In this document: one piece after another, positions 40,611 through 50,107 of the stretch | How positions within the stretch are numbered: the first letter of the stretch is position 1 | Layout: each line of letters begins with the position of its first letter | Source of the DNA: Alphaproteobacteria bacterium HGW-Alphaproteobacteria-4 | Lineage (GTDB): Bacteria; Pseudomonadota; Alphaproteobacteria; Rhodobacterales; Rhodobacteraceae | Length of the DNA stretch: 64,000 bases | NCBI GenBank assembly: GCA_002842855.1 | Contig: PHEE01000007.1 | Coordinates: forward strand, 1,139 to 65,138 | Direction: 5' to 3' | Translations under genes and position numbers: made by a program | Notes under the pieces: model-generated | Seen by the model: only the letters and a program-made list of their open reading frames with translations | Database searches by the model: none | What the model was told of the DNA's origin: nothing

Positions 40611-40677
40611 GGGCAGCGCCCGAACCGAGGGGTGGGCGTAAAGCGCCCACCCCTTGGGGGCGGGTCGGGCGCTGCCC
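40611..40677. terminator. Nested double hairpin between convergent dgt and prfC (bidirectional terminator candidate)
   Basis: Outer arms GGGCAGCGCCCGA / TCGGGCGCTGCCC enclose the inner GGGGTGGGCG-TAAAG-CGCCCACCCC. Confidence 0.55.
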
Positions 40678-40726
40678 GGTCCGCTGAAGCGCCCCGGGCG
40701 AAAGAAAGCAGAACGCTCGCTTCCCC

Positions 40727-42322
40727 CTAAACCATCATCTCTTTCGTCGCGGTCAGCTTCAACTCCGGAAAATCGCGCCCGATGCGGTCGATGTCCCACT
40801 GAAGCCGCGTCAGGAACACCAGATCGCCGTCGCTATCCTGCGCGATGTGGCCCTTGTTGATGTTCACAAAGCGCTCGACCTCGGGTTTTGGCCCGGTGAC
40901 CCAACGCGCCGAGGTGAAATGGCTTGGCTCAAACCGCACCGGCAGGCCGTATTCCTGCTCGATCCGGCTGGCCAGCACCTCGAATTGCAGCGCCCCCACG
41001 ACGCCGACGATGAACCCCGACCCCAGCATCGGCTTGAACACCTTGGCCGCACCTTCTTCGGCAAACTGCGTCAGCGCCTTGTCGAGGTGCTTGGCCTTCA
41101 TCGGGTCCATCGCGCGCACGCCTTGCAGCAATTCGGGCGCGAACGAGGGGATGCCGGTAAAGCGCAAGGCCTCGCCCTCGGTCAGCGCGTCACCGATGCG
41201 CAGTTGCCCATGGTTCGGGATGCCGATGATGTCGCCCGCCCAGGCCTCTTCGGCCAGTTCGCGGTCGGCGGCCAGAAACAGCACCGGGTTCGAAACCGCC
41301 ATCGGCTTTTTGGTGCGTACATGCAGCAATTTCATGCCGCGCGTGAAATGCCCCGAGGCGAGGCGCACGAAGGCCACGCGGTCGCGGTGCTTGGGGTCCA
41401 TGTTGGCCTGCACCTTGAACACAAAACCCGCAACGGTGGTTTCCTCGGGCGCCACGGCGCGGCTGGCAGCCTTTTGCGGCTGCGGCTCGGGGCCGAATTC
41501 GGCGATGCCCTGCATCAACTCGCGCACCCCGAACGAGTTGATCGCCGACCCGAACCAGATTGGCGTCATGTGGCCTTCCAGAAAGCTCTGGCGGTTAAAG
41601 GTGGGCAGCAGGTCGCGCGCCACCTCCAACTCATCGCGCAGTTGCGCCAGCAGATCGGCGGGCACCAGCGCCTCCAGCCTGGGGTCGGATAGCCCGTCGA
41701 TCTTGATCGATTCCGCCACCCGGTTGCGGTCGGCGCGGTCCATCAGTTCCAGCCGGTCGTGCACGATGTCATAGCAGCCGATAAAATCGCGCCCCATGCC
41801 GATCGGCCACGAGGCCGGGGCAACGTCAATTGCAAGGTTTTGCTGGATTTCGTCAATGATGTCGAAGGTATCGCGGCTTTCGCGGTCCATCTTGTTGCAA
41901 AATGTCAAGATTGGCAGATCGCGCAAACGACAGACCTCGAACAGTTTGCGGGTTTGGCTTTCTACCCCCTTGGCGCCGTCGATCACCATGATCGCGGCAT
42001 CAACGGCGGTCAGGGTGCGGTAGGTGTCTTCGGAAAAATCAGAGTGGCCGGGGGTATCGACCAGGTTGAAGCGGTATCGGCCAAAATCGAAGCTCATCGC
42101 CGAGGCGGAAACCGAAATGCCGCGCTCCTGCTCCATTTTCATGAAGTCGGACCGGGTGCGCCGTGCCTCGCCCTTGGCGCGCACCTGCCCGGCCATCTGG
42201 ATCGCGCCGCCAAACAGCAGGAACTTTTCGGTCAGCGTGGTCTTGCCCGCGTCGGGGTGCGAAATGATCGCGAATGTCCGGCGGCGCGAGATTTCGGGCG
42301 GGAGGGGGGCGGGCGTGTTCAT
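40727..42322 (-). CDS. prfC: Peptide chain release factor 3
   Basis: ORF trimmed to ATG 42322. G-domain AIISHPDAGKTT, DTPGH, NKMD; 531 aa. Confidence 0.95.
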   Translation of the reverse strand: MNTPAPLPPEISRRRTFAIISHPDAGKTTLTEKFLLFGGAIQMAGQVRAKGEARRTRSDFMKMEQERGISVSASAMSFDFGRYRFNLVDTPGHSDFSEDTYRTLTAVDAAIMVIDGAKGVESQTRKLFEVCRLRDLPILTFCNKMDRESRDTFDIIDEIQQNLAIDVAPASWPIGMGRDFIGCYDIVHDRLELMDRADRNRVAESIKIDGLSDPRLEALVPADLLAQLRDELEVARDLLPTFNRQSFLEGHMTPIWFGSAINSFGVRELMQGIAEFGPEPQPQKAASRAVAPEETTVAGFVFKVQANMDPKHRDRVAFVRLASGHFTRGMKLLHVRTKKPMAVSNPVLFLAADRELAEEAWAGDIIGIPNHGQLRIGDALTEGEALRFTGIPSFAPELLQGVRAMDPMKAKHLDKALTQFAEEGAAKVFKPMLGSGFIVGVVGALQFEVLASRIEQEYGLPVRFEPSHFTSARWVTGPKPEVERFVNINKGHIAQDSDGDLVFLTRLQWDIDRIGRDFPELKLTATKEMMV

Positions 42323-42375
42323 GGCGCGCGGTGTAGCGGTTGGCGCGAGGTCGCGCAAGCGCGGGGGCGGGTAGG

Positions 42376-43359
42376 TCAGCCTGCGCGGCCAAGCGCGCGC
42401 AGGGCATTCAGGGTGATCCATTTGCTCGGCGCGCCAAGTTGCTCGATCGGCGCGGTGAACTTGTCGTTATAGGAATTTTCCAGCCGCCAGCGGCCATCGG
42501 CGCCGCGTTTTTCGGCCACCACCGCCAGAGCCGCATCCATGCGCGGGTCGCGGTAGCCCAGATCCAGCAGCAGGTTGAGGATCTCGAGCACGTCGGTCTG
42601 ATACATCAGCGGAAAGCCGAAGCGCAGCCAGCCCGGCTTGGATTTGCGCGCAAGATCGTGGCTGCGCTTGTGGATGTGGTGGATCAGCATGAACTCCGCC
42701 GCCCGCGCCAGAGTTTCCGCCACCGCTGCGGTGCGCGCCTGCGGCGGAATTTCGGCCAGCGCCTTCATCGCCTTGACCACCCCCATGTGGCAGCTGTGCC
42801 GCCCCCAGCAAGGTTCCAGCCGGTCATAGGGCCAGCCCTGCGGCGCCACCGCGATGCCATCGTCAAAGCGCTGATAGGTGGTGATCCAGTCCACCGCCGC
42901 CTGCACCCGCGGCTCGGCGGCAAGCCCGAAGCGCAGCAGCACCCATGCCATGTTGCCGGTCAGGCAGGGCAGCACCACGCTCGCCTGGCCGCCGTTGCGA
43001 CCGCCCTTTTCGGAAAAGCCGCCGCTTTCGCGGTGCTGTGCCTGCGTGAGAATGAAGGCACAGGCCGCCCGGATGCGCGCATCGGCGGGGTCGGCCCCCA
43101 GTTCCGCCAGTATCAGAAGCTGCCAGACGGTGCTGCGATACTTGCCGGTGTAGAACTGCCCGGGTTTGAGCCAGTAGCCATCCGGGTGCTGCTGGTCCAT
43201 GATCGCGCGAACCGCCGGGCTTGCCATGATGGCGCGCCGCGCCGTTTGCAGCGCGGGGTCGGCTTCGTCCCGCCCCAGCAGGCGTTTCAGCGTGAAATAC
43301 CGCACCGAAGGGTTCTCGTCCTCCAGAAGCCAATCCAGAACAGCGGGCGCGGGCAACAT
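42376..43359 (-). CDS. Hypothetical alpha/alpha-toroid protein (prenyltransferase/squalene-oxidase-repeat-like)
   Basis: 327 aa with repeated aromatic/Gly-rich helical hairpin signatures (QHPDGYW, ESGGF, DGRW). The family assignment is tentative. Confidence 0.55.
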   Translation of the reverse strand: MLPAPAVLDWLLEDENPSVRYFTLKRLLGRDEADPALQTARRAIMASPAVRAIMDQQHPDGYWLKPGQFYTGKYRSTVWQLLILAELGADPADARIRAACAFILTQAQHRESGGFSEKGGRNGGQASVVLPCLTGNMAWVLLRFGLAAEPRVQAAVDWITTYQRFDDGIAVAPQGWPYDRLEPCWGRHSCHMGVVKAMKALAEIPPQARTAAVAETLARAAEFMLIHHIHKRSHDLARKSKPGWLRFGFPLMYQTDVLEILNLLLDLGYRDPRMDAALAVVAEKRGADGRWRLENSYNDKFTAPIEQLGAPSKWITLNALRALGRAG

Positions 43360-43459
43360 TCGATCGGGCCTTTCGCAAACGCGACCGCCACTCTACGCCG
43401 CTTCGGCCTGCCACAAAAGCGCTTGCAGAAAGCGGCCCGCAGGGCTGCCCCGGCCCGCG

Positions 43460-44470
43460 CTAGTCCTTGCCGCGCTTTTTGAAAAGGGCCGCGCGGGCGG
43501 CCGCGTCCAACTCTGCCCGCCCCGCTTCGGTACCGAAATGCGGGCGGTGGGCAAGGCCGGGGAACTGGGCGCGCAGGCTTTGGGCCAGCGCCTCGGGCAT
43601 CATCTGCATGGTCGCTTCGCTGACTTGCAGGCTCTCGCAAGGAATGCCCTCGGCGTAGATGATCTCGTGGCGGTCGAAAACGAGGCTGTAGTAATCGACA
43701 TAGCCGCCCTCGCGCCGCCAAACGCTTTCGCCATCGACAAGGTGCTTGGCTTGCACCAGCAACTCGGCGGTGTCGCCCAGCCGCCGTGCGCCGCGCTGGT
43801 AGAGAAACACCCGGTGATGCGGGCTAACCACCAGATCGCCCTCGTTGCCAAGCGTGCCTGCCGAAATTACCACCGGGGCAAAGCTGCCGAGCGCGCGCAG
43901 GTTGGCCCGGCCGATAAAGCGTAGCGGCTGCGGCCCGGAATCGCGGGTGAGCACGCGGTCGCCCGGCTGCAACGCCTCGATCGCGTGCTGCGCGCCACCC
44001 GCAAGCGTGATCATCGTGCCGGTGCAGAAGGCAACACAAATCAGGTCGGCCAGCCGCGCGGTGCCGGGGTCTTCGTGCGATTCGAGCAGCGTATATTCCG
44101 TGCGCGGCGCAATGGGCGACAGCGGCAGCGCATAGTGCCGCCCGCTGACCACATGCGCGATCAGCAGAATGTCCACGGTGTCGCCATCGGGTGCCATCAG
44201 CACATGCCGCGCGACAAGCTCTACCGCATCGCCCGGCGCACCGATTTGCGAGCCCGAGGCGACACTTTGCCCGGCATCGCCCGCGACATTGGCCAAGAGC
44301 AGCCGCAGCGCTGCCGCAGCACGGTCGAGCTGATAGATGTCCCCCGGCTGGCACGCTGCGGGCAGATCGAGCGGGTCGCCATGGTTGGCGCCACTGGTGA
44401 CGCGGATCGCCTCGGCCGCAAACACATGTGCGGCCTGTCCGGGAAGGTGGGCGATACTGGGGGCGGTCAC
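43460..44470 (-). CDS. Hint (Hedgehog/intein, bacterial intein-like) domain-containing protein
   Basis: GTG 44470, 7 nt after GAGG (the ORF track starts at TTG 44521). C-terminal half CTGTMITLAGG...LQPGDRVLTRDSGPQPLRFIG...VSPHHRVF...IIYAEGIPCESL is a typical Rhodobacterales Hint/BIL module. Confidence 0.75.
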   Translation of the reverse strand: MTAPSIAHLPGQAAHVFAAEAIRVTSGANHGDPLDLPAACQPGDIYQLDRAAAALRLLLANVAGDAGQSVASGSQIGAPGDAVELVARHVLMAPDGDTVDILLIAHVVSGRHYALPLSPIAPRTEYTLLESHEDPGTARLADLICVAFCTGTMITLAGGAQHAIEALQPGDRVLTRDSGPQPLRFIGRANLRALGSFAPVVISAGTLGNEGDLVVSPHHRVFLYQRGARRLGDTAELLVQAKHLVDGESVWRREGGYVDYYSLVFDRHEIIYAEGIPCESLQVSEATMQMMPEALAQSLRAQFPGLAHRPHFGTEAGRAELDAAARAALFKKRGKD

Positions 44471-44584
44471 GGTGGAACCTCGGTCTGCTGCTGGCGTCGA
44501 AGACTGGCATCGTTTATGCAAAATCGGGTAAAGCGGTTTGCCCGCGCAGCGTCAAGCGCGGGGTCGGCAAATGGGGGAAGGCAT

Positions 44585-45364
44585 ATGGATCTGGGCATCC
44601 GGGGCAAGCGCGGGTTGGTCTGCGCATCCTCAAAAGGGCTTGGGCGCGGCTCGGCCGAAGCGCTGGCGGCGGCTGGGGTTGATCTTGTGCTCAACGCGCG
44701 GGGTGCCGCGGCACTGGCCGCCACCGCTACCGACATTTCAGCCCGCTACGGCGTGCGCGTGCAGACCGTGGCGGGTGACATCACCGATGCTGGTGCGCGC
44801 GCCGAGGTGCTGGCCGCGGCGGGTGCGGTCGATATTCTCGTCACCAACGCCGGTGGCCCGCCGCCCGGAAACTGGGCCGACTGGAGCCGTGACGATTTCC
44901 TGCGGGCAATCGATGCCAACATGCTGACCCCGGTGGCGCTGATGCAGGCCTGCCTGCCCGGCATGATCGCACGCGGCTGGGGCAGGGTGGTCAACATCAC
45001 CTCGGCGGCGGTGAAATCGCCGATCGCCGAACTTGGCCTGTCAAACTCGGCCCGCGCGGGGCTTACCGGATTTGTCGCGGGCACTGCGCGGCAGGTGGCG
45101 CGGCACGGGGTTGCGATCAACAATCTGCTGCCCGGCCTGCATGCCACCGACCGCGCCACGGCGCTTGATGCAGGCGTCGCCGCGAAAACTGGCATCAGCC
45201 CAACCGAGGCCGCCGCCCGCCGGGCCGCTGGCATTCCCGCCGGGCGCTACGGCACCCCGGCCGAGTTTGGCGCCGCCTGCGCGTTCCTGTGTTCGGCGCA
45301 TGCGGGGTTTATCATCGGGCAGAACATTCTGCTCGATGGGGGTGCTGCGAATGCAACATTCTGA
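44585..45364 (+). CDS. SDR-family oxidoreductase
   Basis: ATG 44585 behind GGGGGAAGG; the long ORF-track N-extension is rejected. The cofactor-binding motif here is CASSKGLGRG, and the segment ...LVTNAGGPP... is also present; 259 aa. Confidence 0.85.
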   Translation: MDLGIRGKRGLVCASSKGLGRGSAEALAAAGVDLVLNARGAAALAATATDISARYGVRVQTVAGDITDAGARAEVLAAAGAVDILVTNAGGPPPGNWADWSRDDFLRAIDANMLTPVALMQACLPGMIARGWGRVVNITSAAVKSPIAELGLSNSARAGLTGFVAGTARQVARHGVAINNLLPGLHATDRATALDAGVAAKTGISPTEAAARRAAGIPAGRYGTPAEFGAACAFLCSAHAGFIIGQNILLDGGAANATF

Positions 45365-45470
45365 GGCGCCAGTGCTTCAACCCAAAAATCCCCTCCCAAG
45401 GCGCCCCGCGCTTGCACGGCCGAAACCGGGCTGCTATCGGATATGCCTGAGCGATTTGATCGGATAGCGC

Positions 45471-46568
45471 GTGACACCCCCCCCACCATCGCCGCGCCTT
45501 GATGTGCAGGGTCTGCGCCGCAGCTTTGGCGGACGCGAGGTGGTGCGCGATGTCTCGTTTGCGGTAGACGCGGGGCAGGTAAGCTGCCTGCTTGGCCCGT
45601 CGGGCTGCGGCAAATCCACCACCTTGCGCCTTGTGGCCGGGGTCGATGTGCAAGACGCGGGCACGATCCTGGTCGATGGCGCCGCGGTTGCGGGGCCGGG
45701 GCTGCATCTGCCGCCCGAGCGGCGCGGCGTCGGCCTGATGTTTCAGGACTTTGCGCTGTTTCCGCACCTTACCGTGGCTGAAAACGTCGCCTTTGGCCTG
45801 ACCGGCCCGCGCCCCGGGCGCATGCGCAGGGTGGGCGCGCTGCTGGAACGCGTGCACATGCAGCACCACGCACAAAGCTACCCGCATGCGCTTTCGGGCG
45901 GCGAGCAACAAAGGGTGGCACTGGCGCGCGCGCTGGCGCCAAGTCCGCGCATTCTGTTGATGGACGAACCCTTTTCCGGCCTCGACGAACGCCTGCGTGA
46001 TGCGATCCGCGACGAAACGCTGGCGCTGTTGAAAGACGAGGGCACCGCTGTGCTGCTGGTCACGCACGAGCCGCACGAGGCGATGCGGATGGCCGACCAG
46101 ATATTGCTTATGCGCGGTGGCAAGATCGTGCAGCGCGGCGCCCCCTACAATGTCTACAACGCCCCGATTGATCGCGCCGCTGCCGCATTCTTTTCCGATC
46201 TCAACATTCTGCGCGGCACCGTGCAGGGGGCCCTGACCGAAACCGCTTTTGGCAGCTTTCTGGCCCCCGGCCATGCTGACGGCACCGAGGTTGAAATCGT
46301 GATCCGCCCGCAGCACCTCAAGATCGATTTCGACCGGGCAGGGCGCGGCCCCGCGCCCACTGCCGCCGAAGGCACCGCCGCGCGCGGCCATGTGGCGCGG
46401 GCGCGGTTTCTTGGGCGCGAGTCGCTGGTCGAGTTCACCATGGAGTTTGACGGCTCGGTGCTGGTAGCCAGCGTTCCCGGCGTGTTTCTGCCCACCCCCG
46501 GCACGCCGATGTGGCTGATGATCCGCCGCGACCGCTGCTTTGTGTTTTCCGCCCGAAGTGCTGGCTGA
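45471..46568 (+). CDS. ABC transporter ATP-binding protein (Fe3+/polyamine importer type with C-terminal TOBE-like domain), no cognate permease nearby
   Basis: GTG start; Walker A GPSGCGKS, LSGGEQQRVALARAL, LLMDEPFS; 365 aa. Confidence 0.85.
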   Translation: MTPPPPSPRLDVQGLRRSFGGREVVRDVSFAVDAGQVSCLLGPSGCGKSTTLRLVAGVDVQDAGTILVDGAAVAGPGLHLPPERRGVGLMFQDFALFPHLTVAENVAFGLTGPRPGRMRRVGALLERVHMQHHAQSYPHALSGGEQQRVALARALAPSPRILLMDEPFSGLDERLRDAIRDETLALLKDEGTAVLLVTHEPHEAMRMADQILLMRGGKIVQRGAPYNVYNAPIDRAAAAFFSDLNILRGTVQGALTETAFGSFLAPGHADGTEVEIVIRPQHLKIDFDRAGRGPAPTAAEGTAARGHVARARFLGRESLVEFTMEFDGSVLVASVPGVFLPTPGTPMWLMIRRDRCFVFSARSAG

Positions 46569-46667
46569 GCGGCGAGGCGCGGTGCAGTTTGGCCCGCCGA
46601 CAGTCGAGACATGAACAATCTGAGAACACGTCTTGGCGGCGGCGGTGACTGGCGCTATGGTCGCGCC

Positions 46668-49151
46668 ATGAGCGAGACCCCTTCCAGCCTGCCGTTGTCC
46701 GCCCGCGCCATGGCGGCGCGCCCCGCGCCCTATCTTGACGGGCTGAACCCGGCGCAGCGCGCGGCCGTAGAGGCATTGGATGGCCCGGTGTTGATGCTGG
46801 CAGGCGCCGGCACCGGCAAGACCCGCGCGCTGACCGCGCGGATCGCGCATCTGCTGGCGCAGGGGCGGGCGCGTCCGAACGAGGTGCTGGCGGTCACCTT
46901 CACCAACAAGGCGGCGCGCGAGATGAAAGAGCGGCTGGGCCGCCTGATGGGCGAAAGCGTTGAGGGGCTGCCGTGGCTCGGCACCTTTCATGCGATCTGC
47001 GTAAAGCTGTTGCGCCGCCACGCCGAATTGGTAGGGCTGAAATCGAACTTCACCATTCTGGATACCGATGACCAGATCCGGCTGCTCAAGCAACTGATTG
47101 TCGCTGAAAACATTGATGAAAAGCGCTGGCCCGCGCGGATGCTGGCGGGGCTGATCGACGGCTGGAAGAACCGCGCCCTGACGCCCGACAAGGTGAAGGG
47201 CGCCGAGGCCGCGACGTTCAACAACTACGGCGGCGAGCTTTACACCGCCTATCAGGCGCGGCTTCGGGCGCTCAATGCGGTCGATTTCGGCGATTTGCTG
47301 CTGCACATGGTCACGATCTTTCAGACCCACCCCGATGTGCTGGCGCAGTATCAGCGCTGGTTTCGCTACATTCTGGTGGACGAGTATCAAGATACCAACG
47401 TGGCGCAGTATCTGTGGCTGCGCCTGCTGGCGCAGGGCCACCGCAACATTTGCTGCGTCGGCGATGATGACCAGTCGATCTACGGTTGGCGCGGCGCAGA
47501 GGTGGGCAACATCCTGCGTTTCGAGGCGGATTTCCCCGGCGCGCAGGTGATCCGGCTGGAGCAGAACTACCGCTCGACCGCGCATATTCTTGCCGCCGCC
47601 TCGGGCCTTATCGCGGCCAACGCAGGGCGGCTGGGCAAGACCCTCTGGACCGCCGCCGAGGGTGGCGCGAAGGTTCGCCTCATTGGCCATTGGGACGGCG
47701 AAGAAGAGGCGCGCTGGATCGGCGACGAGGTTGAGGCGGTGGCGCGGGGGGCGCGCGGGATTGACCCGATCGGCCTGAACGGGCAGGCGATTCTGGTGCG
47801 CGCCAGTCACCAGATGCGCGCCTTCGAGGACCGTTTCCTGACCATCGGCCTGCCTTACCGGGTGATCGGTGGCCCGCGCTTTTACGAGCGGCAGGAGATT
47901 CGCGACGCGATGGCCTATTTCCGCCTCGCGGTCAGCCCCGATGACGATCTGGCATTCGAGCGGGTGGTGAACGTGCCCAAGCGCGGCCTTGGCGACAAGG
48001 CGGTGCAGACGATTCAGGCGACCGCGCGCGAAGATGGCACCGGGCTTTTGGAGGCCGCCCGCTATGCGGTGGCCACGGGGCGGCTTTCAGGCCGAGGTGC
48101 CGGGCAGTTGCGCGGCTTTGTCGAAGGGGTGGACCGCTGGCACAAGGCGGTGCAGGCCGGCGAAAGCCATGTCGCACTGGCTGAAACCATTCTTGACGAA
48201 AGCGGCTACACCGGAATGTGGCAGGCCGACAAATCGCCCGAGGCGCCGGGGCGGCTGGAAAACCTGAAAGAGCTGGTGAAGGCGCTTGAACAGTTCGAGA
48301 ACCTGCAAGGCTTTCTGGAACATGTCTCGCTGATCATGGACAACGCCAGCGAAGACGCCGCCGAAAAGGTCAGCATCATGACCCTGCACGCGGCCAAGGG
48401 GCTCGAATTTCCCGCCGTGTTCCTGCCGGGGTGGGAGGATGGCCTTTTCCCCAGCCAGCGCAGCATGGACGAAGGCGGGCTGAAAGCGCTGGAGGAGGAG
48501 CGGCGGCTGGCCTACGTCGGCATCACCCGCGCCGAGTGGCTTTGCACCATTTCGTTTGCCGGCAACCGCAGGGTTTACGGCCAGTGGCAATCGGCGCTGC
48601 CCTCGCGCTTCATCGACGAGCTGCCGGCCGCGCATGTCGAGGTGCTGACCCCACCCGGCTTGTACGGTGGCGGCTTCGGAGCCGCGGCGCGGCCGACGGC
48701 TTTCGGCATCGAAGAGCGCGCTGCGCGCGCCGATGTCTATGCCTCGCCCGGCTGGAAGCGGATGCAGGAACGCGCCGGGTCGCGCCCGCTCGCGAAGCCG
48801 CGCGAGGCGCGCCATGTGGTGATCGACCTTGACGCAGTCAGCAATTTCGAGCCGGGCGAGCGGGTTTTCCATCAGAAATTCGGCTATGGCCTGGTGCGGC
48901 TGATCGAGGGTGACAAGCTGACGGTGGTGTTTGAAAAGGCGGGCGAAAAGAATGCGCGGCAGCGCCGCGAACAGTCGGGTCAACCGCGCGGCTTCAGCCG
49001 CGGTTCCCCACGGCGCATTCACGATGAACAGGCCCGAGCCGACCATGCCATGCCCTGCGCGGGCGGGGGGAAAGCGAACCTCGTGGCGCAGGGCTTCGGG
49101 GTGGTTGGCGGCAAGCGCTGCGAGCATCGGCGCGTGCGGCGCGGCAGCTAG
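46668..49151 (+). CDS. uvrD: DNA helicase II (UvrD/PcrA family); the native C-terminal tail appears replaced after residue ...FEKAGEKN (about 48953)
   Basis: Walker A AGAGTGKT, DEYQDTN and helicase motifs are colinear to ...FHQKFGYGLVRLIEGDKLTVVFEKAGEKN. The remaining 64 codons (to 49151) are antisense to rlmJ and Arg-rich junk. Confidence 0.85.
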   Translation: MSETPSSLPLSARAMAARPAPYLDGLNPAQRAAVEALDGPVLMLAGAGTGKTRALTARIAHLLAQGRARPNEVLAVTFTNKAAREMKERLGRLMGESVEGLPWLGTFHAICVKLLRRHAELVGLKSNFTILDTDDQIRLLKQLIVAENIDEKRWPARMLAGLIDGWKNRALTPDKVKGAEAATFNNYGGELYTAYQARLRALNAVDFGDLLLHMVTIFQTHPDVLAQYQRWFRYILVDEYQDTNVAQYLWLRLLAQGHRNICCVGDDDQSIYGWRGAEVGNILRFEADFPGAQVIRLEQNYRSTAHILAAASGLIAANAGRLGKTLWTAAEGGAKVRLIGHWDGEEEARWIGDEVEAVARGARGIDPIGLNGQAILVRASHQMRAFEDRFLTIGLPYRVIGGPRFYERQEIRDAMAYFRLAVSPDDDLAFERVVNVPKRGLGDKAVQTIQATAREDGTGLLEAARYAVATGRLSGRGAGQLRGFVEGVDRWHKAVQAGESHVALAETILDESGYTGMWQADKSPEAPGRLENLKELVKALEQFENLQGFLEHVSLIMDNASEDAAEKVSIMTLHAAKGLEFPAVFLPGWEDGLFPSQRSMDEGGLKALEEERRLAYVGITRAEWLCTISFAGNRRVYGQWQSALPSRFIDELPAAHVEVLTPPGLYGGGFGAAARPTAFGIEERAARADVYASPGWKRMQERAGSRPLAKPREARHVVIDLDAVSNFEPGERVFHQKFGYGLVRLIEGDKLTVVFEKAGEKNARQRREQSGQPRGFSRGSPRRIHDEQARADHAMPCAGGGKANLVAQGFGVVGGKRCEHRRVRRGS

Positions 49152-49739
49152 GATCGGATACCAGAGCGCGATCACCCCGACATTCCATTTGCGCGCCACC
49201 TTCGCGATGAACGACGGCAGCGATTCGTAATCCGCCTTTACCTCGTAGCTCGGGTCGATCAGCAACAGGCCCCGGCGCGGCGTGGGCGGGGTGATGGAAA
49301 GCGCCATCTGCAAGCCGTCGATCTGCTGAAAGATGCCGCCGTGTGGCGCCATCGTTGTTTGCAGCGCCGCGAATTCGCGCGGGTGCAGTTCGGCCAGCCG
49401 GATCGAATCGACCGGGCGCAGCAGCGCGGCCGCGATCAGCGGCGAGCCGGGGTAGGTGGCTGTGCCATGCGCCCTGCGGGTGGCAGCAAGGGCGCGGGCG
49501 TAGGGGTGGGTGGGCGCGAACCAGCCTAGCCGCTCGATCCGGGCGATGCCCTCGGCGGCCTCGCCGGTTTTCAGCGCCTCGGGGGCATCGAGCGCATAAA
49601 GCCCGCGCCCCGCGTGCGTTTCGATGTAGCTGAGCGGCTTTGGCTTGGCGGTGAGGTAGTCGAGCATGCTTGCCAGCAGCGCGTGCTTGTGCACGTCGGC
49701 CAGATTTCCCGCGTGATAGAGGTGTTGATAACTGAGCAT
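48957..49739 (-). pseudogene. rlmJ: 23S rRNA (adenine2030-N6)-methyltransferase RlmJ lacking its native 3' end and stop codon
   Basis: ATG 49739. MLSYQHLYHAGNLADVHKH hallmark, LLLIDPSYE, ...GSGLFIVNAPWG...LTRLFAALP. Beyond about 48957 the frame runs on without a stop to 48087, antisense to uvrD. Confidence 0.7.
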
Positions 49740-49800
49740 TTCGGCACTTTCCGGGTTTGCCCCGGCATGCCCCGTGGCGCGGTCCCGCGCAACCCCTGCA

Positions 49801-49876
49801 AATGAAAGCGGCGACGCCCAGGGAGGAGGAGGGGCGCCGCCGCTTGTTCCTCGGCCCCAGGGAGGAGGAGGGGGCC
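49801..49876 (-). ncRNA. CcsR-type sRNA unit 4 (distal): two hairpins with CCUCCUCCC loops plus U-rich tail
   Basis: Hairpins at 49853-49876 and 49808-49843 (12-bp stem). Minus-strand loops contain CCUCCUCCC. Followed by UUUCAUUU, so it resembles an intrinsic terminator. Confidence 0.7.
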
Positions 49877-49892
49877 TCGGGATAAGGTGCGA

Positions 49893-49959
49893 TGCCAGCC
49901 CGGGAGGAGGATGGGCGGCACCGCTGAAACGATCGGCCCGGGGAGGAGGTGGGCCTATC
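49893..49959 (-). ncRNA. CcsR-type sRNA unit 3
   Basis: Hairpins at 49931-49959 (core 49935-49955) and 49893-49920. Both loops contain CCUCCUCCC. Confidence 0.65.
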
Positions 49960-50000
49960 GCTTGTCGTTCAGGCCTTGCGGCCCGCAACCGGTTTGAAGT

Positions 50001-50068
50001 GCGGCGGCTCCGGGGAGGAGAATGGAGCCGCCGCCTTCATCACGAGACCCCGAGGGAGGAGGAGGGGG
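50001..50068 (-). ncRNA. CcsR-type sRNA unit 2
   Basis: Hairpins at 50048-50068 (short stem) and 50001-50034 (11-bp stem). Loops are CCUCCUCCC and UCUCCUCCC. Confidence 0.65.
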
Positions 50069-50107
50069 CCTTCGTTTGCCTTCGGGCCTTTCGGCCCCGG
50101 TGTTCGT

